Below the pieces are notes generated by a model. That model worked only from the letters and a program-made list of their open reading frames with translations. It made no database searches and had not been told where the DNA came from. A stretch of 64,000 bases of DNA from assembly GCA_965216875.1 (NCBI GenBank), contig OZ244207.1:4448001-4512000 (forward strand), given 5' to 3'. The translations under genes and the position numbers were made by a program. The DNA comes from Rubripirellula sp. (GTDB lineage: Bacteria; Planctomycetota; Planctomycetia; Pirellulales; Pirellulaceae). Of the stretch, positions 9,268 through 20,192 are shown in pieces. The stretch's first letter is position 1, and each line of letters begins with the position of its first letter.

Positions 9268-9813
9268 TGGGCAAAAAAATGGTCGCTGTCTCAAGAGTTC
9301 GTTGCCAACCATCTCTGTGAACGCTGCGTTCTCTATGGCTTTGTTCCTCGGAGAGTGATGCGATCGATGGAGGTCCCGCCGAGCTGTCGGTTTCCGGGGT
9401 TATCTGGATAGTCGATCGGCCACGAAAAACACGAGAATGCACAAAAGACTCAACTCGTGAGAATCGTCTGGGTCAGAAGAAAACAGACAGAAAAATGGAG
9501 AGCAAAAAAATGGGCGGTGCCTCAAGCGTTCGTTGCCAACAATCTCTGTGAACTCTGCGCTCTCTGTGGCTTTGTTCCTCGGAGAGTGATGCGATCGATG
9601 GGGCTCCCGCCGAGCTATCGGTTAAGGCTTCGCGGGAGCGTCGCCCTCCCGGGAATGATTAGTAACAGATTGGCCACAAAAAACACGAGAAGGCACAAAA
9701 AGATTCAACTCGTGAGAATAGCTGGGGCAGAAGAAAGCAGACAGAAAAATGGAGGGCAAAAAGATCTCGCGGTGGATCTTTTTGCCCTCCATTTTTTTTT
9801 GTCTGCTTTCTTC
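9258..9813. repeat. Composite repeat copies C and D in tandem, ending in an inverted repeat of about 37 bp
   Basis: Units start at about 9258, 9486 and 9740; final hairpin 9730-9766 / 9775-9813 could terminate the convergent PQQ-propeller gene. Confidence 0.85.
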
Positions 9814-9850
9814 CTGTCTCTTTTGCGTACGACTTCTAGACGAAAGACGA

Positions 9851-11356
9851 CTAGCCAGCAATGTCGTAGCAGTGGAGTTCGTCTTGGTCTCGCAGGTAGA
9901 GCTTCTTGTTTGAGATCACCGGGTGTGCCCAGCTCTTTCCGTTCCTTGATTTGATCTGGAACGATCCCTTCAAGTTGTAACCCTGTGGTGTCGCCTCGAT
10001 CAGCGCCATGACGGCGTTTTCGTAGCGAAAATAGAGGTGCCCGTCGGCGGCAACGATCGCAGCCGATCCTTCACCTGCACCGCGTGATGGGCCCCACATC
10101 TTGCGGCCTGTTGGAAGATGCAGGCACATCGGGAAGCCGTTGTTGTGGCCGTGCCCCATGTAAAGGTGTTCGCCAATGAGCACCATGCCACCGTGGTGAT
10201 TTTGAACTTCGCTATTTCGTTTGTAATAGACCTCGTTGTAGCGAACGGAATTGCGCCCCGCCGGTGAGAGCTTCAACAGAACGCTGCCGCCGTCGTTGTA
10301 GCCCGACGACCCGAACACATAGTCACCCGAAACGACTGGTGTCGGAACGTTGGCCGTTGTGTTGGCAACTCCTGGGTAGTGCCACAACATCGCGCCGTCG
10401 TTGGCACGGACTCCAATGAGCCCCTTGCCGACGAGTGTCACGTATTGTTTGACACCACCACCGTTGCTGATCACCGGCGAAGCGTAACCTGCCGATCCCT
10501 CTCGCATAGGTGTTCGCCAAATGACGCGTCCCGTTCGTTTGTCGAGCGCTGCCAAAACACCCGAGTCGCTGCCGGGCGTGCAAATCAATCGGTCACCGTC
10601 AACAAGCGGCGACTCACTGTACCCCCACATGCTCATCATGCGTCCGCCAAAATCGGACGCAAAATCGGTGCGCCATACTTCGCTGCCTTTTTCGATATCC
10701 GCGCAAACCAGTGTTCCTTCAAAACTCATCCCAAAGACGAGTCCCGAATCGGGATCAACCGTGGGCGTGCAGTTGGGATCTTTTGTGCCGCCAACATTGA
10801 CTTCCCAGATCACCGAACCATCTTCGGCCGACGCGCAGATCAGCTTGGTCGAATTCCCTTTCTTTCCCATCGTGAAGAGCTTGCCATCGCTGATGACGAT
10901 GGACGAGTATCCTTTGCCGAGGCCTCGCGACGACCAATTCAGTGGCGGACCGCTGCCATCCCACGACTGCAGTAATCCCGTTTCCTGGGAGATTCCATCG
11001 TTGGCAACGCCACGCCATCGCGGCCACTCACCAAGCGAAACCAAAGTCGACCCGCCGTCACTTCGGCTGCCGCGATCACGCGGGGACGCTGTGCTCGAAG
11101 AGCGTTGTTGGCGGCGGTAGCGAGCGATCCAGCTTCGGTCCGGACCGCTCAGTTTCTTGAGCGGCACACTGATTTCTTTGCCATCGGTCTGACGCAACTT
11201 GACCGAATCATCATCAACATCAACAAGCTCGGCCTTGATCTTGTACTTGCCAGTAATGTCGGTCCACGTTCGCTCGTCGGCAGCGTTTGCCGTCGAGACG
11301 AAATAGGCAGCGATTGCAAGTGAGACAAACGAACAAACAAAGAAGATGCGTCTCAT
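9851..11356 (-). CDS. Secreted SHD1 + PQQ-binding-like beta-propeller protein
   Basis: Signal peptide MRRIFF...ANA (ATG 11356); RTWTD.TG...LS..DR SHD1; WPRWRG, GYSS, YSESPLVDGD, WAHPVI...LYLRDQD propeller motifs. Confidence 0.9.
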   Translation of the reverse strand: MRRIFFVCSFVSLAIAAYFVSTANAADERTWTDITGKYKIKAELVDVDDDSVKLRQTDGKEISVPLKKLSGPDRSWIARYRRQQRSSSTASPRDRGSRSDGGSTLVSLGEWPRWRGVANDGISQETGLLQSWDGSGPPLNWSSRGLGKGYSSIVISDGKLFTMGKKGNSTKLICASAEDGSVIWEVNVGGTKDPNCTPTVDPDSGLVFGMSFEGTLVCADIEKGSEVWRTDFASDFGGRMMSMWGYSESPLVDGDRLICTPGSDSGVLAALDKRTGRVIWRTPMREGSAGYASPVISNGGGVKQYVTLVGKGLIGVRANDGAMLWHYPGVANTTANVPTPVVSGDYVFGSSGYNDGGSVLLKLSPAGRNSVRYNEVYYKRNSEVQNHHGGMVLIGEHLYMGHGHNNGFPMCLHLPTGRKMWGPSRGAGEGSAAIVAADGHLYFRYENAVMALIEATPQGYNLKGSFQIKSRNGKSWAHPVISNKKLYLRDQDELHCYDIAG

Positions 11357-11572
11357 ATCGAACTCAATTTCACTGAGCATCTCGGTGCGTTGTGACCGAG
11401 GCAGTTGGCAAGCAGGAAGGGGAAAAGAGCTGGAATCCGCGAACCGCCCGGAATTGAGGTTGTCTGATCTCTTGAGAGATTGCGTATTCAATCTGCGAAC
11501 GGGCAGGCAGCATACGAGGACCAGCATTTTATAGAACGCGGCTGCATAACGCGGGCGTGAGAGGGCATTTTC

Positions 11573-12409
11573 ATGAGTCGAAAGAAACGGGCGGCAACCG
11601 CCAAAGAGACACTGGCGATCTGCCAAAGCGGTCTCTACCAAAACGAAAAGGGCAAAAACGTCCGTCTACGACGAGAAATCGAGGCGGCGATCGCGTCCTC
11701 GGTCACTTACGACGAAGATTCACTCGCCTCACGCCCGCCAGCCAGATTCGAATCGACTCGGATCGAAGTCACTGGCGAATCGACCTTTGAAGCCATCGAG
11801 CGGGCGACGCAAGAGTCGAGCGACGAGAAGCATCACGTTGGATGTCTCAATTTCGCCTCGGCAAAAAACCCTGGAGGCGGCTTTCTTGGTGGGTCTCAGG
11901 CCCAGGAGGAAGCTCTGGCCCGAGCCAGCGCGCTGTACCCGTGTCTGCAATCTCAGTTCAGCAACTATTACGAACCGAACCGAGCAGCTCGCAGTTCGTT
12001 GTATCTGGATCGAATCATCGTTTCGATCCGAGTGCCATTCTTCCGAAACGACGATTCGCGACTGATCGAGACGCCCCTTTTGTCGACCGTGGTCACCGCA
12101 CCGGCTCCCAATGCTGGAGCGGTGATCAAGAACCAACCTGAGGATCGAAACAAAATCGCTGGCGTCTTCGCAAAACGCGCCGAAATGGTGCTGCGCGCCG
12201 CAGCATCGCATGAAGTCGACACGCTCGTGCTTGGCGCTTGGGGATGCGGCGTGTTTCGAAACGACCCAAACGAGGTCGCCGGAATCTTCCGCGACTTGAT
12301 CCAAAAAGAGGGTGACTATGCAACCGCATTCGCGCGAGTGATCTTTGCGGTGCACGACCCGGGCGGCAAAGGAGCAAACTACCGAGCGTTCGAAAAAGCG
12401 TTTCCCTAG
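11573..12409 (+). CDS. TIGR02452/DUF2263-type macrodomain protein (bacterial PARG-like ADP-ribose glycohydrolase)
   Basis: LNFASAKNPGGGFLGGSQAQEEALAR (GGG-x6-QEE catalytic signature) and LGAWGCGVFRN. Confidence 0.92.
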   Translation: MSRKKRAATAKETLAICQSGLYQNEKGKNVRLRREIEAAIASSVTYDEDSLASRPPARFESTRIEVTGESTFEAIERATQESSDEKHHVGCLNFASAKNPGGGFLGGSQAQEEALARASALYPCLQSQFSNYYEPNRAARSSLYLDRIIVSIRVPFFRNDDSRLIETPLLSTVVTAPAPNAGAVIKNQPEDRNKIAGVFAKRAEMVLRAAASHEVDTLVLGAWGCGVFRNDPNEVAGIFRDLIQKEGDYATAFARVIFAVHDPGGKGANYRAFEKAFP

Positions 12410-12565
12410 GCTTGTTGTAGCAGTGACACCTACGTGTCTTTGTGTTCGTATCACAAACATAAACTGCGCGAATCAGACAGTGTCCGTGAGGCTTACGCGT
12501 GCCCCTGCTCCCGAGTGCGTCTGCTCCCAGGTATGACGCCGGTAGGGATTCGTTGATGGACCGAA

Positions 12566-14800
12566 TCAGCCGCGGTCCGATTGCTTCTTTGACAGATGCT
12601 CAAAGATAGTGATCGCTTTGGACGCCAACTCATCAGCGCTGTGAGTCTTGTATTTCGGACCGTCTTTGTATTTGCCGGACTTGAAGACTTCGGTCTTGTG
12701 AATCACATCCCAGCCTTCTTGGCATCCCGTCAGCACAACATGGTGTTGCATCGCACCATCAACGATGCGAACCATTTCTGAACGCACTTCCTTTTGCTGG
12801 TGAATGAGTTCACCGCAAGTCCCTCCGACCACAAAGATTGCATCGAAGTCGCTTGGCCGGGCGTTGGCAAGATTGATGTTGCCAAAGGGAGCTCGCAGGT
12901 CGCTCCGGTGTTCTGTCTGGCCGGTTCCGAACCTTGGCGACGCGGTCACAACATCGACATTGCGTGATTGCAAACGTTTCGTCAGTGCAGTGTATTGGTC
13001 ATCAGGAAACCAGTCGCTGCCAACAATAATCAGGGCTCGCCCATCGCCGCCGTTTCGCATCGCGCGGTCGCCACCGACGCGCGGCCCGTAGCGATCCCAG
13101 AGCGGCGCCGCCAGGACAGCCATCACCGCGATTGCCAACAGGGCAATCGCCGTCACACCGTTGCCCTCGAGCATTTTCACACGGCGTTTGCGCCGCGTTT
13201 TTGGTTTTGCCACCGGCGACGCAGGCACATCGAACTCGAGATCCATCGCAGCGGGGACGGCGTTCATTTCGGTCGTCGGTGCATCGGCGTAGGCAACCGG
13301 TGACGTCGCAGGTTGTACCGTCTCCACCGCAGCCGGCTGAACCGCGCTGGCTGGCAGGCCATGAGCCACGGGCTGAGTCGGCGTGATGGGCGCGGCGAGC
13401 GGAGCGGCGGTAGGCGCGGGCTTTTTCGATTCGGATGCCGCCTTCGGGATCTGTCCGTTTTGCAGAAGCCGCAACTCGTCGAGCACTTCCTGCATTGACT
13501 GGTAGCGTTCTTCGGGGCGTTTGGCCAACATCTTGTGAACCACCGCCTCGATGTCGATCGACACGCCGGCGCGTTGCCAAAGCTCGGGCGCCGGTTGTTC
13601 GCGATGAGCAACCAATCGCTGCATCACGGTTTCGCCAGGAAACGGCGCGTGGCCCGTAAGCAAAAAGAAAAGGGTGCAACCAAGACTGTAAATATCGCTT
13701 CGCGCGTCGGCATTGCGACTGTCGAGAGCCTGTTCAGGCGACATGTAGTCGACCGTTCCAATCACGACGCCAGTGTTGGTCATTGCGGCAAGAACGGAAG
13801 CATCAGGGTTATCGGTGATCAGCGAATCAAAGCGTGCAAGACCCAGGTCGAGTACTTTGACCGACAACTTGTTCGTCTTGGCATCGCGTGTGGCGACAAT
13901 GTTGTGTGGTTTGACATCGCGATGAATGACTCCCTGACCATGGGCGTAATGCAAGGCTTGAGCCGTTTGCACGCCCACTTCAAGTGCGTCTTTGGCCGAC
14001 AATGGCTCGCTGGCACGAACGTATTTGGCCAGGTCATCGCCATCGATGAATTCCATCACCAAATAGGGCACACCCTTGGCTTCGTCGGCGTCGTGCGCAA
14101 CAACGATGTTGGGATGACTCAAGGCGGCGAGTGCACGGGCTTCATTTCGAAAACGATCGATGACGGCTTGTGATTGGCGGCCTGCTGAGTTGACGACTTT
14201 CAAGCAGACAATGCGTCCCATCCGCGTGTGTCTCGCCTTGAAGACACTGCCCATGCCACCTTGGCCGAGTCGCTCAAGGATCGCGTAGTTTCCTAGCACC
14301 AATCCTTTCCATCGTCCGCGAAGCAACAACCTCGCTTGGAACGGTGTGAGTTTGCGGTTTTCGATTAACGCGCGAGCGAGCGTACTACTATCACTGTCGC
14401 TGCCCGATTGGTCAAAGCTGTAATCACTCAAGAATTGATTCAGCTCTTCGCCGGGCATCAGACCGCTTCGTCGCAGACCGTCAACGAAGTCGACTGCCGA
14501 AACGGCTTGCGTGGTAGAGCGACTTGAGATCTGCGTGTCGTCGCTGCTTGGCATCTGCTGGGCGCGACGAATCAGTTTCGACAGCCCCGCGTCTTCACTC
14601 GAACCTTCGTCGTTGCCTTGGCGAGCGATCGCAATCACATCGTCATCACGAACGGAGAGTTCATCGACCTTGGCTTGGCATTCAGGACAACTCTCGATGT
14701 GCTTGAACAGCTGTTCTGCCGCGGCCTCCATCAGACTCCCCGTGACCAGCTTGGTAAGCTGCTCAGCGGGCGGGCAGATGTTCAGGGCAGCGTGGTTCAT
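12566..14800 (-). CDS. Ser/Thr protein kinase with N-terminal HxxxCxxC zinc finger, TM helix and C-terminal DJ-1/PfpI-like domain
   Basis: GQGGMG, VCLK, HRDVKPHN, DLGLAR, GTVDYMSPEQ; HIESCPEC; FDAIFVVGG. Confidence 0.92.
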   Translation of the reverse strand: MNHAALNICPPAEQLTKLVTGSLMEAAAEQLFKHIESCPECQAKVDELSVRDDDVIAIARQGNDEGSSEDAGLSKLIRRAQQMPSSDDTQISSRSTTQAVSAVDFVDGLRRSGLMPGEELNQFLSDYSFDQSGSDSDSSTLARALIENRKLTPFQARLLLRGRWKGLVLGNYAILERLGQGGMGSVFKARHTRMGRIVCLKVVNSAGRQSQAVIDRFRNEARALAALSHPNIVVAHDADEAKGVPYLVMEFIDGDDLAKYVRASEPLSAKDALEVGVQTAQALHYAHGQGVIHRDVKPHNIVATRDAKTNKLSVKVLDLGLARFDSLITDNPDASVLAAMTNTGVVIGTVDYMSPEQALDSRNADARSDIYSLGCTLFFLLTGHAPFPGETVMQRLVAHREQPAPELWQRAGVSIDIEAVVHKMLAKRPEERYQSMQEVLDELRLLQNGQIPKAASESKKPAPTAAPLAAPITPTQPVAHGLPASAVQPAAVETVQPATSPVAYADAPTTEMNAVPAAMDLEFDVPASPVAKPKTRRKRRVKMLEGNGVTAIALLAIAVMAVLAAPLWDRYGPRVGGDRAMRNGGDGRALIIVGSDWFPDDQYTALTKRLQSRNVDVVTASPRFGTGQTEHRSDLRAPFGNINLANARPSDFDAIFVVGGTCGELIHQQKEVRSEMVRIVDGAMQHHVVLTGCQEGWDVIHKTEVFKSGKYKDGPKYKTHSADELASKAITIFEHLSKKQSDRG

Positions 14801-14903
14801 CGGAAGAACGAACTGACGTCGTGATGGCGAAAAGAGAAGGGGCGAAACCTCGACGATACCCCCCGGCCGAGTCTTCTGCTACTGGAACGATCGCGGATAA
14901 CGG

Positions 14904-15497
14904 CTAATCGACCAAATCTTCCAGTACCAAACGTAATCTTCGGCGAATTCGGTAGTTTGCTTGGCGAATGACCTGTGGGTCGACCCCCAGCTCTTTGGCG
15001 ACATCGGTCGCGCTCCGTTCCTTCATCGCGACTTCCTGAAAGGCGGCCCAATTTCGGGGGTCAAATTCGGACTGAATCAGCTCCATCGCTCGCGAAACGA
15101 TGAAAGCGTCTTCGTTGGCGGCTTGTGCCTCGTCCTCTTCGCCAAACGGATCGGGCACCTCTGTAATTCGCAATTGAGCGTCCGTCCCGCCGACGCCCGC
15201 CGCTTGGCGGTTGCACCGACGGTGGTGGTCGATCGTCTTGGTGCGAACGATCGTTTTCAACCAACTGCGAAACGACGCGACCTGACGCTGTGGTTTGAAG
15301 GTTCCAAGTTTCTTCGCAACCGTCTGGAATGTGTCCTGAAAGACATCAGCGGTGTCGTCATCGGACAAACCCGCTTGCCGACACCATCGCTGCACCAGCG
15401 GGCCGTAAAGATGCACCAGCTGGTGCCAAGCTTCTTCATCTTCAGCAACCGCTCGTCCGAGCAGGCTCATCGATGTCAGGTCAGAGTTGGCGGACAC
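14904..15497 (-). CDS. ECF RNA polymerase sigma factor, kinase-associated
   Basis: AWHQLVHLYGP, DVFQDTF, SFRSWLKTI (region 2) and HTH region 4; directly upstream of the kinase gene. Confidence 0.92.
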   Translation of the reverse strand: MSANSDLTSMSLLGRAVAEDEEAWHQLVHLYGPLVQRWCRQAGLSDDDTADVFQDTFQTVAKKLGTFKPQRQVASFRSWLKTIVRTKTIDHHRRCNRQAAGVGGTDAQLRITEVPDPFGEEDEAQAANEDAFIVSRAMELIQSEFDPRNWAAFQEVAMKERSATDVAKELGVDPQVIRQANYRIRRRLRLVLEDLVD

Positions 15498-15638
15498 GCG
15501 GCACCTGTCCCAGCGCTGGAAAGAAACGGATTGGGATTCAACAGACCGGCTCGATTATACACGTGGTCTTGGAAATCTGCCGGGACGAAACATCGGATTG
15601 GCGAATGCCTCTCGTTTCAGGGCGTCAAAACCGACGAC

Positions 15639-16721
15639 CTACGAAATCATTTCCGAAAAATTCTCGTTTGAACGTCGCCGCCAAATAAACCCATCGAGCA
15701 CATAGTGGGTGATTTGAGGCACCGCCAATAGCGGCACAAGCCAAGCCTCGGCCGAAGCCCATTGCCGCGATGATCCAAACAGCCAACCACGCTCATGCCA
15801 AATACCGATATCCCAAAGCATTTCCTCGGCATACGCGAGCACCCAAACCACTCCCAGAAACCAAACCAACCGCGGGACATGACCGCCTGACTTCGTTGGA
15901 CGTGATCGATTGGTGTACCAATAGACGAGCACCATGTAGGGGACACCATGAATGATCACGTTCGTCACCGTAAACGCGTAGTCCGAATTGAAGGTAATGA
16001 TCCCGACGTACCAGCAGATCGCCGTTGTGATCACGACGACGTCTTTTCCAATACTCCATTGCCGATGTTTCACCCCGCGGTAGACCGACCGAATGGCGTA
16101 AGCCGCAAGTGAAAACCAATACAACGGCTCGACGATCGACGCAAACAGAGTTGGCAATCGGGCGAAATCCCCCTGAAGGAACCACCAAAAGTTCCGCGGC
16201 AAGTGACAATGCCAATAGATCAATGGATAGATCGTTGCCAGGTAAATGGCCGCAGAGTCAATCCACCAACCCAATCGATCACGTTCGCCACCACGCGAAC
16301 GATAGAGTGCGACCCAACCGTATTGCTGACGCACAAAATGGAAGACGGCAAGGTACGCCAACAATCGCCAAAAGAGCGAATGGCTTTCGCTATAGAGCGC
16401 AACCCCCACCAAGAACGCCAACACCGGCGTCAGTCCGTAAAGCCAAGGGCGTTTCTTGAGTTCAATGCGATCAAAGTAAACTCGAAAGCCCGTCGAATAG
16501 ACGTGCGCCACATCGATCAACAGAATCGCCGCAACCCAAGTCCACTCAGGCGAATCGCTTTCAAGCAGCCCCAAAGGCGCTCCGATGGCGAGAAGTCCAA
16601 GTGCAACGAGCGCACTGCCGCCAAACGTGCAAAGGTCCACCGTCGGTGAAAACAGCCATGGCGACCGTATCTTGTCCGTCCCGTTTGCGGGGCTGTTCGA
16701 TTCGAGGGAGGAGGCAGACAA
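15639..16721 (-). CDS. Polytopic membrane protein with several His motifs; last gene of the polyamine operon
   Basis: Multiple TM helices; DVAHVYST, FHFVRQQYG, IHGVPY, THYVLDGFIWR. Confidence 0.75.
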   Translation of the reverse strand: MSASSLESNSPANGTDKIRSPWLFSPTVDLCTFGGSALVALGLLAIGAPLGLLESDSPEWTWVAAILLIDVAHVYSTGFRVYFDRIELKKRPWLYGLTPVLAFLVGVALYSESHSLFWRLLAYLAVFHFVRQQYGWVALYRSRGGERDRLGWWIDSAAIYLATIYPLIYWHCHLPRNFWWFLQGDFARLPTLFASIVEPLYWFSLAAYAIRSVYRGVKHRQWSIGKDVVVITTAICWYVGIITFNSDYAFTVTNVIIHGVPYMVLVYWYTNRSRPTKSGGHVPRLVWFLGVVWVLAYAEEMLWDIGIWHERGWLFGSSRQWASAEAWLVPLLAVPQITHYVLDGFIWRRRSNENFSEMIS

Positions 16722-16763
16722 AAAGTAATCCCGGGTCAGCTATCGATTCGAACGAGACCAAAC

Positions 16764-18410
16764 CTACGAAAGCCGATTGCTGTGGAGAGCTTGCGTGACT
16801 TCGTCGGCTGCGCGCACTCCATGATAGAACGCTTCTTCCATCAGCGCGATCCCACTCAGGTCGGTTCCGGCGAAATGGATCGGCCCGATCGGCCGAGCCG
16901 CATCTGCGCGCGTCTTGCCCGAGACAAAACCAACACGCGGCTGAATCATCGCGTGGCCCCACCGCAACACATCGATCCGAGTGACGTACTTTGAAAGATC
17001 AGGGTGGGGAACCAACAAATCGCTCAAAGCCAAATCGGCCCAGTGCTCCCACGACAGTCCCAACAATTGTTGACGCGACACCTTGGGATCCTCGGTCAAC
17101 GGGTAGTACCAAGTCAAAACCGTTGGCCCGTGATCCATCCCCAACTGATGCGTCGCCGTCACATAACCAAGTGATTTGGTGTCGTAGATGACGTTGTCCC
17201 AGGCCATTCCGAATCCCGACTCGGCCGGTCGATCGGAAAGGTGAAGGTTGGCCACCACCCAAGCGCCATACTGAAATCGTCTTGCCACGGCGACGCGGTC
17301 AGCGTCAAGGCCGTCGATCACGTAAGGAACCAGAAACTGCGGGGCAGCAAAGATCACGCGTTGGGCGCGATAACCGACGGTCGAACCTGCCGCGGGATCG
17401 ACCGCCAGAACCTCAACGGATCCGTTTGCTTGCCGAACCTTCGTCACCGCATGATTGCGTTTGATTCGATCACCACATGACTTCGATAGAAAATCAACGA
17501 TTCGTCCGTTGCCTTCCGGCCAAGTGATCACTTGTTGTGACGACGCATCACTCGATCGTCTACGCGATGCAAAATAAAAGATACCTGCCCATGCGCTGGT
17601 TTGGTCAACCGTCAATCCATAATCATCGCGACAGGCATAGTCGACAATCCATCGCAATCTTGGTGACGTAAACCCTCGGTCATTCATCCACTGCCCCATG
17701 GTCAGTTTGTCCAACTGCAGGACCTCTTCGTCGGCCGTTGCCGAAGCCGTTGGTATGGCAAAGGCGCGCCGTCCCTTTGCATCGCGCCAATCGGCCCAGC
17801 GTCCCATCTCGGTTCGAAAACGCTTTAGCTGTTCAAGTTCCTCGTCGCTCGCTCCTTGGGCGGGGTACAGGCCTTCTTGCCAGCTGCCTTCTGCGAAAAC
17901 GCGTTCTTCCGGTTCACGACAAAGGTACTGTTCGTCAACGATTGGCGAACCATCCTCGGCAACCGCGTTGACCACATCCATCTGACGAAACAATTCGATC
18001 AGCGATTCGTTCTCTCGCATGGGAACCGGAACGTAGTGCGCGCCCCAGGGATGGGCCATGCCACCGGTCGTGGCTCCCTTGGCGGTCCCACCCGCCTCGC
18101 GTTCAAGTTCCAAAACAACAAAATCGTCCCTACCCGATTGCCGCAATTGCCAGGCGGCCGACAGTCCGGCCATCCCACCACCGACAATCACCACACCGAC
18201 CTCTTTAAACGTGGCGGGTGCAGGCGACCCGAGTTTGGAATCACGCAACCGATGACCAAAACCGAACTGGGGGCTAAGCAATTCGCCTGCGGGTGGCAGC
18301 CTGCGGCGATGACAACCAGCAACCATCGCGGCTTGGGCGCCAAGCACGGCCGCGATCATGTCGCGGCGGTTCCACTTTGTCGCCTGGGAAGCCATCGTCA
18401 GCTCCCCCAT
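16764..18410 (-). CDS. FAD-dependent oxidoreductase, flavin amine oxidase family, Tat-type signal
   Basis: NRRDMIAA twin-Arg-like signal ending [15 protein letters not shown] dinucleotide fold; WGAHY; IHFAGTD...MEEAFYHG. Confidence 0.88.
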   Translation of the reverse strand: MGELTMASQATKWNRRDMIAAVLGAQAAMVAGCHRRRLPPAGELLSPQFGFGHRLRDSKLGSPAPATFKEVGVVIVGGGMAGLSAAWQLRQSGRDDFVVLELEREAGGTAKGATTGGMAHPWGAHYVPVPMRENESLIELFRQMDVVNAVAEDGSPIVDEQYLCREPEERVFAEGSWQEGLYPAQGASDEELEQLKRFRTEMGRWADWRDAKGRRAFAIPTASATADEEVLQLDKLTMGQWMNDRGFTSPRLRWIVDYACRDDYGLTVDQTSAWAGIFYFASRRRSSDASSQQVITWPEGNGRIVDFLSKSCGDRIKRNHAVTKVRQANGSVEVLAVDPAAGSTVGYRAQRVIFAAPQFLVPYVIDGLDADRVAVARRFQYGAWVVANLHLSDRPAESGFGMAWDNVIYDTKSLGYVTATHQLGMDHGPTVLTWYYPLTEDPKVSRQQLLGLSWEHWADLALSDLLVPHPDLSKYVTRIDVLRWGHAMIQPRVGFVSGKTRADAARPIGPIHFAGTDLSGIALMEEAFYHGVRAADEVTQALHSNRLS

Positions 18411-19912
18411 TCCTGTTCGTAGTAGCGAACAAGCACTTGATCATTCAATCGATTCAACCCCGCATCGACCGGTTGCATGTCGACCGGCAAGTTGAACAGA
18501 TCAGCCATGACCGACGCATTGAGAAATCGCAGCGAACCGTCGATTTCCGCCAGTTGGGGAACTGCAGGTGTTCCCGCAGGGCAGGCAAGCGCAAACCCCC
18601 AAACACCAAAAGTTGGCACCGAAACGCGATAGGGTCGCACCTGAAATCCTGACGCTTCCATCGTTTGCAGAATACACCAGTACGACTTGGGCGCGACCAA
18701 CGGTGATGTGCACTGAATTGAAATGACGGCGTCGTCGCTCACGCGCTGCCGCAAGAGCGAAAAGAAACGAGTCGAATAGAGTTTCCCAATCGAGTACGTC
18801 CCTGGATCAGGAAAATCGATCACGACGCAATCGAACCTCTTGTCCCCCTCGCCGATCCATACGAACGCGTCGCGATTGAAGACCGTCACTTTCGGATCAC
18901 GCAGCGCATCGCCCGTCAGATCTCGCAGCGGTGGAAAGTTCTTCGACAAATCGGTCATCGCTGGATCAATATCGACCAACGTCACGGTCTCGACCGAAGG
19001 GTATTTCAAGACCTCGCGCACGGCCAATCCGTCGCCACCGCCAAGCACGAGCACATGTGTCGGTTGCTTCTTCGACGAGAGGGCAGGGTGAACGAGCGAT
19101 TCGTGATACCGGTACTCATCGACCGAATTGAATTGCAAGTGTCCGTTGAGGTATAGCTGAAACCCCTTCTTGTTGTTCGTGACAACAATCCGCTGAAACT
19201 TGGTCTGACGAGCGTGGACGATCTGGCTGTCGAGCTGATGTTCTTCGGCCCAAGTGGTCATTGTTTCAGCTTTGATCAATCCGACGATCAACAGCCCAAT
19301 TACTAAACAAGCCCGGCCGCGCAAGCCAGGCAGCCCACGTTCGGCGAGAATCGGTCGCAGCAGGTATGTCCCCCAAAGCCCCACCAGCGCATTGAGCATC
19401 CCGAAGACAAGCGACGTGCGCACGAGCCCCAGGTAGGGAACAAGCAATATCGGAAACAGTAGCGATGCCACCAAAGCGCCAATGTAGTCAAAGGTGAGCA
19501 CGCGTGAGACAAGATCGTTGAAGTCGAGGTGTTCCTTCAAGATCCGCATCAACAGCGGCAACTCCAATCCAACCAGAACGCCGATCAAAAACACCAAGCC
19601 GAAAAGCGCGATCCGAAACCAATCGATCCACGCAAAGGCAAAAAACAACATCGGTGCCGACGCACCACCGATGAGCGCAAGGGCAAGTTCCACCTCGATA
19701 AAGACGCGCCCGACCTTTTCGTCAACGTACTGACTGAGCCAGGCCCCAACGCCGAGTGCCGAGAGATAGACTCCGATGACCAACGAAAACTGCGTGACCG
19801 AATCACCGAGCAAGTAGCTCGCCAATGTTCCCGCCAAAAGCTCGTAGATCAGACCGCAGGTCGCGATCACCAGGACATTCAGGTACAGCAGAAACAGCGG
19901 CGCTCGGTTCAT
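18398..19912 (-). CDS. speE: Polyamine aminopropyltransferase (membrane-domain spermidine synthase)
   Basis: N-terminal TM domain; [38 protein letters not shown]. Confidence 0.95.
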   Translation of the reverse strand: MNRAPLFLLYLNVLVIATCGLIYELLAGTLASYLLGDSVTQFSLVIGVYLSALGVGAWLSQYVDEKVGRVFIEVELALALIGGASAPMLFFAFAWIDWFRIALFGLVFLIGVLVGLELPLLMRILKEHLDFNDLVSRVLTFDYIGALVASLLFPILLVPYLGLVRTSLVFGMLNALVGLWGTYLLRPILAERGLPGLRGRACLVIGLLIVGLIKAETMTTWAEEHQLDSQIVHARQTKFQRIVVTNNKKGFQLYLNGHLQFNSVDEYRYHESLVHPALSSKKQPTHVLVLGGGDGLAVREVLKYPSVETVTLVDIDPAMTDLSKNFPPLRDLTGDALRDPKVTVFNRDAFVWIGEGDKRFDCVVIDFPDPGTYSIGKLYSTRFFSLLRQRVSDDAVISIQCTSPLVAPKSYWCILQTMEASGFQVRPYRVSVPTFGVWGFALACPAGTPAVPQLAEIDGSLRFLNASVMADLFNLPVDMQPVDAGLNRLNDQVLVRYYEQEWGS

Positions 19913-19920
19913 CGAGTTTT

Positions 19921-20187
19921 CTAGCCCAACACCGCTGCTGCAATGATGATCGCCATCCCCAGAACGATCGCACCGACGATGATTGCCAACGATACGTTGT
20001 GTTCTTCAACCACTTCATGCGTGATCGAGAACTTCGTCAGCTTCTCCATCATGAACAAAGACAAGAAAAAGAAGATGATCCCAATCAACGAAAAAACAAC
20101 CGCCGCAACCAAGTGCTGAAGCAGCAAGTCCCAGTGACTCGCCGAAGGCTGTGCTAGCAGGCCCATTGGAATGATGATGTTGTGCAT
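19921..20187 (-). CDS. DUF350 family membrane protein
   Basis: Two hydrophobic segments around [22 protein letters not shown]; position next to speE; start probably MHNII (20187). Confidence 0.85.
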   Translation of the reverse strand: MHNIIIPMGLLAQPSASHWDLLLQHLVAAVVFSLIGIIFFFLSLFMMEKLTKFSITHEVVEEHNVSLAIIVGAIVLGMAIIIAAAVLG

Positions 20188-20192
20188 GGTTC

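Noticed and set aside
6697..9813. CRISPR array interpretation of the repeats
   Set aside because: Units are 180-260 bp, degenerate and irregularly spaced; there are no constant 25-45 bp repeats with unique spacers and no cas genes
4043..9850. Integrative element inserted at the tRNA
   Set aside because: No integrase and no duplicated tRNA 3' end (att site) seen in the window
9457..9954. 165-aa ORF, and the N-terminal extensions of ORFs 8689 and 50566
   Set aside because: These are translations of non-coding repeat modules (TEKWRAKKW-type text recurs in several copies)
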